From: the human T2T-CHM13v2.0 reference genome, Homo sapiens
Assembly (NCBI RefSeq): GCF_009914755.1
Contig: NC_060930.1
DNA length: 64,000 nucleotides
Direction: 5' to 3' (one strand)
The translations under genes were made by a program, and so were the position numbers. The notes beneath the pieces were generated by a model that ran no database searches, was not told where the DNA came from, and worked only from the letters and a program-made list of their open reading frames with translations. Below, one piece after another: positions 21,629-42,093 of this stretch; within the stretch, counting starts at the first letter, position 1; each line of letters opens with the position of its first letter.

Positions 21629-22000
21629 TATAAAAATCTCTCTGGAGCGACGTGAAGCCTGTTGGTATCTCCTGGTAGTAGCACTTGCGCTTCCTCTCAC
21701 GGTCTTGGCCAGCTGTAGATCTCCTTTTTTGCAGTGGCTCCGTTCTGTTTGCTGTCCCCGATCCAGCCCCCGCCCTCCTCGCAGGCCTCTGCTCAGCACC
21801 ATCTGCCCACCCGGAGGGTTTCCTCCTATTCCCCTTCAGTTGCTCCATCTGGGCAGCCAGCTCAGGGCCTCAGTCCAGAGACAAAGCAGAGGCAGACGAT
21901 TCTAGTTTTCTTTGCTGTAAATGCCACACTACATGGAACTAGAGAATTTGGGAATCTGACTCATCCAATCAAGCCCAGGCTAAAGGCAAATGAAGAAAAG
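21629..22000 (+). promoter_or_regulatory. Candidate alternative promoter / first exon
   Basis: TATAAAAA at 21629-21636, local CpG/GC enrichment at 21640-21910, and donor-like AAG|GTAAAT at 22000/22001. No repeat recognised here. Confidence 0.4.
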
Positions 22001-22202
22001 GTAAATCTCGAATTTCCTCCTGAAAGCTGTTTTTCCCCGGGACTCAGTAGATGACAGTGGCTGTTGGGATTGTGATGGCATACTTAGGACATTCCTCCAC
22101 ATTGCTGCACACTTCTGGTGTGGTTACTGATCACACTTTTAAAAAAGAAAAACTTCCACTCTTGGTAATTTTAGCTTAAAAAGCCACAGAGCATACTCAT
22201 GT

Positions 22203-22480
22203 GAATGGGGACTGGGAGGGAATGCAGAATGGAAGGTAGGATTTTGGGGATTGGGAGGGAATGGAGAATGGAAGGTAGGATTTTGGGGATTGGGAGGGAA
22301 TGCAGAATGGAAGGTAGGATTTTGGGGATTAGGAGGGAATGGAGAATGGAAGGCAGGATTTTGGGGATTGGGAGGGAATGGAGAATGGAAGGTAGGATTT
22401 TGGGGATTGGGAGGGAATGGAGAATAGGAGGTAGGATTTTGGGGATTGGGACGGAATGGAGAATGGATGGTAGGATTTTT
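22203..22480. repeat. 39-bp G-rich minisatellite, ~7 copies
   Basis: Unit GGAAGGTAGGATTTTGGGGATTGGGAGGGAATGGAGAAT; appears as a 13-aa repeat in ORFs on both strands. Confidence 0.95.
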
Positions 22481-23939
22481 TTTTTTTGTTCTAGGTCCAT
22501 GTCATTGTGATAAATTTTTTAAAATTCCAATATTTATTATAATTGTCCCGTAAATAAAAAATAATTATAAAAAAGTTTGTACACAGCATAAAATGTTTGC
22601 TAAGTATACACATTCTTGGTGCCACATTATTCCAGAGTGACTTCACTTAAATTACGTCTCTACCAGCCCTGGGCCTCGCCACACGTTATTATACTTCATA
22701 TCTCTTCCTGCAGGTTAGAAAACCTTCACAGGGGTTGCTGCGGGTGACTATACCTATACATACTTTTGCTATTTGTAAACACCAGGCCCTTTTAAAGTAC
22801 TTTTTTTTTTTTTGAAGAGTTTACATGAATGAAATCTGTTGTTTTTTAAATTTTTTTCAGCCCCCTTTCTATTAACTAAAATAGTTTTTAAACTTGAATA
22901 TCATAAAATTCCTTTAGTAAAGGAGTCAGGGGGCCAGAGGTTACTGAACATTTGCCTTAAATATTCCCTTGCTTCCAGACAAAAATCATAGCTGAAGCAT
23001 GACAGAAAAATATCTGTTCAATTTGTCAAATTCCTCAGGGACAATAATTACTTAGCTTCCCTCAGGGAGTATCCTTCCTGTCAATAAATTTCTCATAAAT
23101 ATTGGATAAATTCTTCCTCCTACTGTTTAAGGCTGTTTTTTTTTTTCTTCCCTGCCAGGATTGACCCAACATTGCACATTTGGTCAGCATTATGCATATG
23201 TGAAAATGCACTTTGTTCTATATTTCTGTCACTCCCTGTTTGCTTTTCTCTATCTTAATTATGGAAATGTATCCTCGTGAGTTGATACACCAGTCTTTCT
23301 GTCATACCCAGTAAGGAGGATTCCCGCCCTTGGTCTGGGGTCCGCATCAACTGTGTAGCACATGAATTGCTGTCATTTGGTCCCACAGGTGTCTATTGAG
23401 TGCTTATATGAGCCTCCAGGTGCTAGGCCTTGAGTGCACAGCATCCAGTAGAGGATGGGGGTCTCCTGTGTTTTTAGAAATATCCCATGAAATAAAAAAA
23501 TTAAGCTATTTAATTGCAAAAGTAGTAAGATGAGCTTAGATTCTAACCTGCCGCTGGGGCAGAAACTTCCACCTGGGAGTGATTCTGCGGCTTTGAATTC
23601 TGGCCTCTTTGTGTGTCTGTGAGTGGCTGACACAGTCGGCCACTCAATCGCAGTTTTGTCCGCTGGTTTTGGCGAGCTCAGGGCCTGTGCTGTGTGTGCT
23701 GCAGCTCGGGAGGGCTGACAAAGAGAGGTGGTTGAGGAGTGAGCGGCCGGGAGCCTTTCGCCTCCAGTGTCTTCGCTGGACCTTGGTCTTTACAAAAGGA
23801 AACAAATGAAGGCTCACTCTGATCCACTCACTGTGACAGTCTGAGTGGCAGCAGCCAGGAGCTTCTCTGGCCATTTGTAGTTCCCTCAGTTAAAAAATGA
23901 AAGGGTAGCTAAGGTTCAACAGCTCAGGCTTTGAACTTT

Positions 23940-26755
<2,816 letters not shown>

Positions 26756-27437
26756 CTTTTTTTTTTTTTTTTAAAGGAACAAAAAGTCACTATTAAGGCC
26801 TCACCCCTCTGCTTCCCGTGTCTGTGGCTTCGTGTCCAGCAGTGAGCACGGCCAGAGGGGAGCCTCCCCATCTCAGCCAGTCCTCCTCCCTTTCAGAAGC
26901 CCTGCCTTATCCCTCAGAGGGGGACCTCTTGCCCCTGCTAACATGTGCTTGAGAAAGCTTTTAATCTCATTTATGAGGTCAACCTCTACAAGCTAAATTA
27001 TTTTAACCAAGGACTATTCACTGTGATGTTATATTTTGGGCTTTGTTTTTGCTGCTTGGTCAAATAGAGAACAAGGGCCACCTCTCGTCACACAGCCTGA
27101 CGCTCCTGCAGCCCTGTGAGACTGAGAGTTGTTTTCCTGGTCATGGTGACAGATGAGCCACGCATGACTCACTGGAGCGGTCTCCCCTGAAACAAAGGCA
27201 TGCATTTGACTGCAGACTGGGTGTTGAGTTGGTGGCCTTTGCAAGACTGGGTGGGCAGTTCTGGCTTCAAATGACCCTGATGAATCACACGGTTCACAGA
27301 CGTTTCATTTATTACCTTGACAGTGACCCTGGACACCAGTTGTTTCTTCATATAATTTGCGTTAAGGCTTCCTTTTGACTTTGTGGGAGCTTGGAGTAAA
27401 ACGCTTCACAGAGTTTTCTTGCGTTTCTGTTTTTCAG

Positions 27438-27548
27438 GCTCACTTCATGGACTCACTTTGCGTGCTTGTTAAATGTGCTGTGTTGCTCCCAAGACCATGT
27501 AAAGCCTACTGACCACTAACCTCCCTCACAGCAGAAACTAGACGTCAG
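27438..27548 (+). other. TIAM2: Probable non-coding 5'UTR exon of TIAM2 (111 nt)
   Basis: Acceptor tttctgtttttcAG|gctcac with a long pyrimidine tract; donor gtcag|GTAAAC. Repeat-free sequence 1.6 kb upstream of the ATG exon, whose own acceptor sits 6 nt before the ATG, so an upstream UTR exon is required. Confidence 0.8.
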
Positions 27549-27830
27549 GTAAACCCAACCCTTGTGCCTGGGGGTCACGTCAAGTTGCATGACTGTGATT
27601 AAGGTAATAAGTAAAGGTTTAATTATTTGGGCTAGCGATTTTGGTTTTAAAATATTTGATAATTACCACCAAAGAAAAGTCAATCCATTTAACTTCTGTT
27701 TTGTGGCTACACATTCTTAGATATAAAAGAATTAAAAATAAAAAGCCTACTAAATATATCTGGAGATCTCACCAGAAGAGCATCACCTCCAACTGACCTA
27801 AAATAGTGATATACTGGTTTGAGTGAGAAA

Positions 27831-28833
27831 CTAGCTGGGCATGGTGGCATGTGCCTGTAGTTCCAGCTACTTGGGAGGCTGAGGCAGGAGAATCCCTTGA
27901 GCCCAGGGGTTTGAAACCAGCCTGGGCAACATAGCAAGATCCCACCTCAAAAAAATTATTTCAGAATCAAAAGAGATGGTTTCTTCTTTCCTCCCTTCCT
28001 CCCTCCCTCCTTCTCCCCCTTTTCACTTTGAGTTTGGCTTAACTAATAGACTCCTTGAGCAAACTGGGGTTTTTACAAGGAAGTAAGAGTCTAATATTAA
28101 GTTTTTCTGATGCCCATATTCTAAGTCAGCTTCATACTTACTTCTCTCATCATATTCTAAAGTGAAGATGCCTGAAGTCTTTACAAAAGCTCTAGAGATT
28201 AGTTTTATTAAAATGTTTTTCTTTCCCAAATGAGAGCTCTTATTTTTTCCCCCATTTTTCATCTCAGCCTCATTTTTGAGGACTTCCAGGCCTTTTTCTT
28301 TTGTGGTATTCCTAGAGCCCCAACAGAGCCTGGTACCTGGTGTCATGTTATAAAAATGTGATAGTTTTTGAGCAAAAGTCTCTCAAAATACTGTGGAGAG
28401 ATTTTAGCTCTACCAGTAGTTTATGTATAATGAAAATGTATCTCTCTGATCACTGAGATCTGTGTATTTAGACTGACAGAATAAAGATACTTTCCCTAAT
28501 TTTTCTCTTCAAGAATCATTAGTTTGGTCAGGTGTGGTGGCTCACACCTGTGATGCTAGCACTTTGGGAGGCCGAGGCAAGAGGATCTCTTGAGCCCAGG
28601 AGTTCAAGACCAGCCTGGAGCAACAGAGTGAGACCCCATATCTTTAAAAAAAAAAAAAACCCCGAGCTTGAGAGTGGTAGCACGTGCCTATAGTCCCAGC
28701 TACTTGGGAAGCTAAGGCAGGAGGATCACTTGAGCCTAGGAAGTCGAGGCTGCAGTGAGCTGTGACTGCGGCACTGCACTCCAGCCTGGATGATAACAGT
28801 GAGACTCTGTCTCAAAAAAAAAGCAAAAAAAAA
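27831..28833 (+). mobile_element. Alu monomer (FLAM-like, ~27831-27955) and AluJ (28526-28833)
   Basis: Alu consensus; AluJ diagnostics gaggatcacttgagcc and gaggctgcagtgagctg. Confidence 0.9.
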
Positions 28834-29170
28834 TCATTCAAAGTCTCTCAACACCAAGCCTGAAGCAGATCTTTCTCATAAGCTGATTTTTATGCCTGTT
28901 CGCCTTCTAAATTAATATTGTATAATGAATAATGTCTTTAAAATAATTAGCAGACAGGTGTGCAGTGTTGTCTGTCTAGCTAATGAGCAGCCTTGCAAAA
29001 TAAGGAGAGCCTGTTCTACTGACTGACTCTTGTCCCTACTCCTCTGAGTCCTTCCAGGCACTGAAGTTGCTGTGTAATATGCAGGGCATTCTTTTTAGAA
29101 AGTTCTGTCATAATGGAATGTAATTTAGGCCACGGTCTTACTGATGCAACTGTTCTTAATTTAGGTTAAA

Positions 29171-30364
29171 ATGGGCAACTCCGACAGTCAGTACACCCTT
29201 CAAGGATCTAAAAATCATAGCAATACTATTACTGGTGCTAAGCAAATTCCTTGCTCCCTGAAAATACGTGGCATTCATGCAAAAGAGGAAAAGTCATTGC
29301 ATGGATGGGGTCACGGAAGCAACGGAGCAGGTTACAAGTCCAGGTCCCTGGCCCGAAGCTGCCTTTCTCACTTTAAGAGTAACCAGCCTTACGCATCGAG
29401 ACTCGGTGGCCCCACATGCAAGGTCTCCAGAGGTGTTGCCTACTCCACGCACAGGACAAATGCCCCAGGGAAGGATTTCCAGGGCATCAGTGCTGCTTTC
29501 TCAACTGAGAATGGCTTCCACTCTGTTGGCCACGAGCTGGCAGATAACCACATCACCTCCAGAGACTGCAACGGACACCTTCTCAACTGCTACGGGAGGA
29601 ATGAGAGCATTGCCTCCACCCCACCGGGCGAAGACCGCAAGAGCCCCCGAGTGCTCATCAAAACGCTGGGGAAGCTGGATGGGTGTTTAAGGGTCGAGTT
29701 CCACAATGGTGGCAACCCCAGCAAAGTGCCTGCAGAGGACTGCAGTGAGCCGGTGCAGCTGCTGAGGTACTCACCTACCTTAGCATCGGAAACCTCCCCT
29801 GTGCCTGAAGCCAGGAGGGGGTCCAGCGCCGATTCCCTGCCCAGCCATCGCCCCTCTCCCACGGACTCTCGCCTGCGGTCCAGCAAAGGCAGCTCCCTGA
29901 GTTCTGAGTCATCCTGGTACGACTCCCCTTGGGGCAATGCTGGAGAGCTGAGCGAGGCTGAGGGCTCCTTCCTGGCCCCCGGCATGCCTGACCCCAGTCT
30001 CCATGCCAGCTTCCCACCTGGCGATGCCAAAAAGCCTTTCAACCAAAGCTCTTCCCTCTCCTCCCTCCGGGAACTGTACAAAGATGCCAACCTGGGGAGC
30101 CTCTCCCCCTCAGGTATCCGCCTTTCTGATGAATACATGGGCACGCATGCCAGCCTGAGCAACCGTGTCTCTTTTGCTTCCGACATTGATGTGCCCTCCA
30201 GAGTGGCACACGGGGACCCCATCCAGTACAGTTCCTTCACTCTCCCCTGTCGGAAGCCCAAAGCCTTTGTTGAGGATACTGCGAAGAAGGACTCCCTCAA
30301 AGCCAGGATGCGACGGATCAGTGACTGGACGGGAAGCCTCTCAAGGAAGAAAAGGAAACTCCAG
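29171..30364 (+). CDS. TIAM2: TIAM2 first coding exon (exon spans 29165-30364; codons 1-398, MGNSDSQYTLQG...SRKKRKLQ)
   Basis: 402-aa ORF recognised as the TIAM2/STEF N-terminus. Acceptor ttaatttAG|gttaaaATGG; donor CAG|GTGAGC, phase 0. MGxxxS myristoylation motif. Confidence 0.97.
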
Positions 30365-30587
30365 GTGAGCATACCTTAGAGCAGAGGGAAGGGTCCCCAC
30401 AGTTTCCCCACCTGGAGAAGGGGAAGGTTAGTAGAAGCCACCATAGAGTGTTGTCGGGGTGCTTAAGTGATCTGGCAAAAGTGAAGAGTTCAGTGGAAAG
30501 CCTGGCTCATCTCATTTTCAAGTGTGGGTTTGTTCTCTCTTTTGCTTCAGATATTTTCACTTTTAGCCCACAACTTTAATCTTCCCA

Positions 30588-30957
30588 TGTCTTAGTCAGC
30601 TTGGGCAGCAAACAAAATACCACAGACTTGGTTTAATCAACAGACATCTATTTCTCATAATTCTGGAGGCTGGAAGTCAGAGGTCAGAGTGCCAGTGTGG
30701 TCCGATTCTGGGGAGGGCTCTCTTCCTGGCTGCAGACAGCCGCCTTCTCACTGTGTCCTCATGCGGCAGAGAGAGCAGGAGGTCTAGGCTCTTTTCCTCT
30801 TCTTATAAGGACCCTAATCCCATCATGGGGACTCTACCCTCATGACCCCCTCTAAACCAATTACCTCTCAAAGATGTCAGTTAAATATCATCCACTGGTA
30901 GTTAAGGCCTCAACATGGATTTTGGGGAGGGGGGAAACAAATGTTCAGTCAATAGCA
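30588..30957 (-). mobile_element. MaLR solo LTR (MLT1A-like)
   Basis: TGTCTTAGTC...ATAGCA ends; typical motifs atttctcataattctggaggctggaagtc and cttataagg...aatcccatcatg. Confidence 0.8.
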
Positions 30958-31025
30958 TTCTGGTTCTGTGCATGTCCCTGCACTCTTCCATGCACTCCAC
31001 AGGCCTAATCTTAAGACTTGGCCAT

Positions 31026-36517
<5,492 letters not shown>

Positions 36518-37125
36518 ATCTATTATTTTTACTATATGAACTGGGAAAATAAGATACTAGAGATCTCAAAGTCTAGAAGTCTAGACCTGGGCACTTGGCC
36601 AGAAGCTGGGGACTATAGGGAGAGGAAGAGAAGTTTTTGGGTTTTGCATAACAATACTGAGTCCCTGTCTTCCCCACCCTACCCTGGTATAGTAATTTTC
36701 TAATTTACCTTTCAAATGATCCAGGGAAAAAATAAATTGCAAGAATATGAATTCTTTCCTGGAAGATACTGATTCATGGTTAGCAATGAAGAAAGAAATA
36801 TCATTCTAGTAATCTTCACTAGTGTGTTGTAAACATACTAGTTAATTTCTCGATGCTAAGCATAGGTTAGATTTAGGAGAGCCATTTGTATTTTATTTAC
36901 CTCTTTAAGTGCTAATTCTACTGGATATAAATTGACTTGGGCAACACTATTTTTAAAATTCTTTCTGGTATGAAGACTTGATGGTTAAAGATGTATTTTT
37001 GTTACAAGAATCTTGCTTTGCATTACATTATCAGCAGCCACTGGTATTACACTTATGCTGTGTGCAAGAAGGGATGCTTTGGATAGCCGTAAGCTCTGAT
37101 GGGTGATCATGTGTGTTTCTCACAG

Positions 37126-37561
37126 GAGCCGAGGTCCAAGGAGGGCAGTGACTACTTTGACAGTCGCTCTGATGGACTGAATACAGACGTGCAGGGATCC
37201 TCCCAGGCATCTGCTTTTCTGTGGTCAGGGGGCTCTACTCAGATCCTGTCTCAGAGAAGTGAATCCACACATGCGATTGGCAGCGATCCCCTCCGGCAGA
37301 ACATTTATGAGAATTTCATGCGAGAGTTGGAAATGAGCAGGACCAACACTGAGAACATAGAAACATCTACAGAAACCGCCGAGTCCAGCAGCGAGTCACT
37401 CAGCTCTCTGGAACAGCTGGATCTGCTCTTTGAGAAGGAACAGGGGGTGGTCCGGAAGGCCGGGTGGCTCTTCTTCAAGCCCCTGGTCACTGTGCAGAAG
37501 GAAAGGAAGCTTGAGCTGGTGGCACGAAGGAAATGGAAACAGTACTGGGTAACGCTGAAAG
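37126..37561 (+). CDS. TIAM2: TIAM2 coding exon 2 (EPRSKEGSD...QYWVTLK-G), start of the first PH domain
   Basis: Acceptor tttctcacAG|GAG; donor G|GTGAGT; 436 nt, phase 0 to 1. PH strands VVRKAGWLFFK and RKWKQYWVTLKG. Confidence 0.96.
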
Positions 37562-37770
37562 GTGAGTGCAGTGTCACCTGCTGAGGCCACTGGGGATTGT
37601 TTCCGCCAGCCGTGCTCTTTGCCAGGAAGTGCCAAGAGACTAGCATTGATTTGAGTTCACATGAGGGGTTTGACACAGGATCCATGGGCTGCCTTCATGC
37701 AGATACTTTCTCACACCCGTGAAATAGGCTTTACCTACTATTCACATGTATTATGCAGTTCAATAAATAA

Positions 37771-38089
<319 letters not shown>

Positions 38090-38380
38090 TATTATAATGG
38101 TTGGATTTAATACTTATTGCTTATTTCATAGGTATTTAGCTTATTTATAGGTATGCCTGTACCATTTTCGCTGGATTTGGAGAAAAAAAAGTCAGTAACC
38201 AAAGGTAGTTTAGTTGTTTGGAAGGCAGCTTCTGAATTTCACATTCCGTACATGTTCAGAACTCCAAAGAGGTTTTCTTTCCAGCTTGTGCAACTAAGAT
38301 TATCATCTGGATTATTGATTTGTCATTCCAGCTTTATGAACAAAGTCTGTTTGTTGTCATCACTAACAAGTGCAGCCGTC

Positions 38381-38794
38381 TTTTTTTTTTTTTTTAATAT
38401 ACTTTAAGTTCTAGGGTACATGTGCACAATGTGCATGCAGGTTTGTTACATAGGTATATGTGTGCCATGTTGGTTTGCTGCACCCATCAACTCGTCATTT
38501 ACATTAGGTATATCTCCTAATGCTATCCCTCCCCCATTCCCCCATCCCTCAACAGGCCCCAGTTTGTGATGTTCCCTGCCCTGTGTCCATGTGTTCTCAT
38601 TGTTCAATTCCCACCTATGAGTGAGAACATGCGGTGTTTGGTTTTCTGTCCTTGTGATAGTTTGCTGAGAATGATGGTTTCCAGCTTCATCCATGTCCCT
38701 GCAAAGGACAGGAACTCATCCTTTTTTATGGCTGCATAGTATTCTGTGGTGTATATGTGCCACATTTTCTTAATCCAGTCTATCATTGATGGAC
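38381..38794 (-). mobile_element. 5'-truncated L1PA 3' end
   Basis: Minus-strand ORF DWIKKMWHIYT...MFSLIGGN is the L1 ORF2 C-terminus, followed by 3'UTR and polyA; TSD cagcYgtctttt. Confidence 0.93.
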
Positions 38795-39554
38795 CAGCTG
38801 TCTTTTTTTTTTAAACATAAAGGCAATAGAAGTGAGAATTTGTTTTGTTGACATGAGAAAAGTTTTTTATAAGCATTGCCATTTAAAAACTATAATTGCC
38901 TTGAGGAAGAGAGAAGCTCCAAATCTGTACAGCGTTGATTTATGCAGATGCACCCAGAGCGGCCTCGCAGCCTCTGGCATTCTGCACAGCCCCCTGGGAC
39001 TCTTTGTCAGAGGAGCTGAGTGTGTTGTTCAAAAGCCAAACCTCATCGTCAAGTGATGCCCTTCCCTGTCACAGGAGAGAGCAGAAACATCTGCAAATAC
39101 TACGTGTGCAATGTCCAGTGCCCTCTCAATTACCCCTTTCTAGCTTTTCTTTGCCCCTTATCGAACAGTTGGAGCCCTGCTTCCCCAACCGTGGAGGGCA
39201 GGCATCATGCCTTCGTTACCACAAGCCCCTCTGGCACCTCTGGTAAAGGAGCACTTGCAAAGGTATTTCATATCCAAGTGATACCTTTTCCTAGCAGGCC
39301 GGCGGGTGTACAAAGCCCAGGGGCCCAGCATTCCTCACACGCTGCAGTCCTCTTTTCCATCCCTAGATTTGGATGCTTGTAGACATTGTGGCTGGCTGAG
39401 GAAGGTAAAGAACGTCCCCAGTTTTTCCATACTGGCAAGGCAGATTTCTGTATTGAATGACAGAAACAATTTGGAAAGGTAGAATAATGGGTTGAATCTG
39501 GCAGGATTAACATTTAAAGAGATAAGAAAGTTCTGCTTTAAGGTTTAAAAGTCA

Positions 39555-39920
<366 letters not shown>

Positions 39921-40497
39921 CAAGTATTATGAGTGAAAAAGATGTCGGGATTTAATTTGCAGGCCATGTGTTTCCAAGTTGATGTGGCTGAAAAGGTAAA
40001 TGTGATTTCAAAGAGCAAATGTGATCTTTAGCTACCTCATTAGAGATGTCATGTGATCATCAGCTACCTCCTTAGAAATGCTATATCTCTTGCAAAGGAG
40101 ATGACAGTGTCTCCTTTCTTTGCCCTGGTCAGAGCTGGTTGTTTCCCTCCTTGTGGGCACAATATTGCAGGAGATTTGTTAGGAAATGAGAAATTGATCC
40201 TTGAAAGGTTGTCCTGGAGGATCCCTAAATGGGGAGAGAGTGAACATGTTCCCTTAAGGGGTAAACATCTGGGACTGTTTGTGAATCATAGTCTGAAGCT
40301 GCCTCCTAGTCACATGATGTGAATACTTAGAATGGATGCACGTTACCCCATCATTTGTCATGTATCTACTTTTTAAGTGTGAAATTTGTTTCTTAAAATT
40401 AATTCTGTGAGAATTTCTTCCCTGCCTGTCTATGGATTTGAAAACCCCCAGTATACATCACCCTAGTGGTGGGGGTTAGACTGGGAGGCAGGGTGAC

Positions 40498-40507
40498 TGT
40501 GTGTGTA

Positions 40508-40566
<59 letters not shown>
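40498..40566. repeat. Compound (GT)n(GA)n microsatellite
   Basis: Direct reading. Confidence 0.95.
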
Positions 40567-40570
<4 letters not shown>

Positions 40571-41343
40571 ACCACTTTGAGAGGCTGGGCCATAGGTGAT
40601 GACAAGGAGATTTAGAGCCGTGCTAGATGGAGGAGGGCATAAAGATCTAGGGATATTTAGCATGGAGAAAATAAGAACTGGGTGAGAGTGAACAGCAGTG
40701 TGTAGAAGAGACATTGAATTTATTCTGGGTCTGCAGAGGTTAGGATGGGACTAATAGATGGGAGACAGGCTGATTCTAAATTAATATAAAAAACAACAGT
40801 GACAGCCATGGGCACGTGGAAAGATGCTCCCTTTTTGATTTCTCTGCTACTGACCACATTTGTCCAGAGCCAAATTGTCGCAGGCTTCTTGAGGGAAACT
40901 CAGGCAGATATCACTTAAGGGCTGGAAGAGCTGATTGGCAGCTTCCTGTATTTTATCCCAAAAGGTAGACCAGGAACTTCTGGCTACCAACTTCAGGGGT
41001 AGTGATGGGCCTGAGTTGTCACTGAGCATTGCTAGATTTGTAGTCTTGGCTAGGTCCTGCTTTCCTGGTGTTTGCTTGTAAAACACTTCAAGATCCATGG
41101 ATAAAGGGTGCTTTGTAGTATAAATGTTATCAAGCACACATTTCTTCCTTTCCTTTGCAGCCAAGGCAAGACTTGTGATAAAGATGTTTTTTTCCCCAGC
41201 GTAACCTTTTCCATGTGGCTTTCTACACCTCTTTCCTCTGGGAATTCAGTATGTTGAGTTCTAATTTCTTGGCTTAGAATCCAAGTTGTAATGTTTGGAC
41301 TTAACTGTTTGGTTTAATCTTAGTTAAAAACACATATATGTGT

Positions 41344-41371
<28 letters not shown>
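41344..41371. repeat. (CA)n microsatellite
   Basis: Direct reading. Confidence 0.95.
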
Positions 41372-41374
<3 letters not shown>

Positions 41375-41973
41375 TAAGCCTAATTTTTAAATTATCCTTA
41401 AAGTATCCATGTAAATAAATGGGAGACAGTTTTCTGGAGAGAGCCGTTATTAACAAACCATCTGGTTATCTGCCTACCTGGAATGTATAGGTATATGAGG
41501 GACGTACATGTTTTTCAAGGCTTTGGAGGATGTAATAAATTTTCAACAAGGGTAATTCTGCTTTCCATTTGTCTTTTCCAGTGAGTGGATTTTCATGCAG
41601 TTCACTGGGGACTTCCTGGGCTGAAGAGTTGGCAAGGTCATTAAACATATCCCTCAAAATGTGCAACAGACTGAGTGATAGTCAGTGTCAGGGGAGGAGT
41701 TCATAAACTAATTTTAGAATACTGGTGATTCTGCCCTGAGATGGGCCAGCAGCAGGGATGGGAGATCAAAAGGGTCTCATAGAAAAGGTGGATTTGAGGG
41801 AAAACCAAGACTAATTGCCCTCTTTCCCCTGGGTGAGATTTCTACTAATATTATGTCTCTATTCTTGTACTGCCATTGCTATGCCAATCTGTTTTCTCTT
41901 TCTGCTACCATAGCAAGAACGTCCAGTGTCAACGACCCCTCCAAGCCAAGACCAGCGCTTGGTAGGGACTGGA

Positions 41974-42093
41974 CAGGGCTGGGGGCCCCCAGCACCGGGG
42001 TGAACGGCAAGGCAGGGCTGGTGGCCCCCAGCATCGGGGTGAACGGCAAAGGCAGGGTTGGGGGCCCCCAGCACCGGGGTGAATGGCAGAGGC
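41974..42093. repeat. 39-40-bp GC-rich tandem repeat, 3 copies
   Basis: Unit CAGGGCTGGGGGCCCCCAGCACCGGGGTGAACGGCAAGG. Confidence 0.9.

Noticed and set aside
22171-22510. Repetitive ORFs on both strands
   Set aside because: Artefact of a 39-bp (multiple of 3) minisatellite.
29159-29170. AG|GT at the ATG-exon acceptor as a recursive splice site
   Set aside because: The regenerated donor CAG|GTTAAA is weak and the upstream intron is short.
29590-30372. 260-aa antisense ORF over the TIAM2 ATG exon
   Set aside because: Confined to the GC-rich coding exon and has no recognisable domain; best explained as a shadow of the sense codon usage.
38446-38786. ORFs with L1 ORF2 C-terminal similarity
   Set aside because: Dead, 5'-truncated L1 fragment, not a gene.
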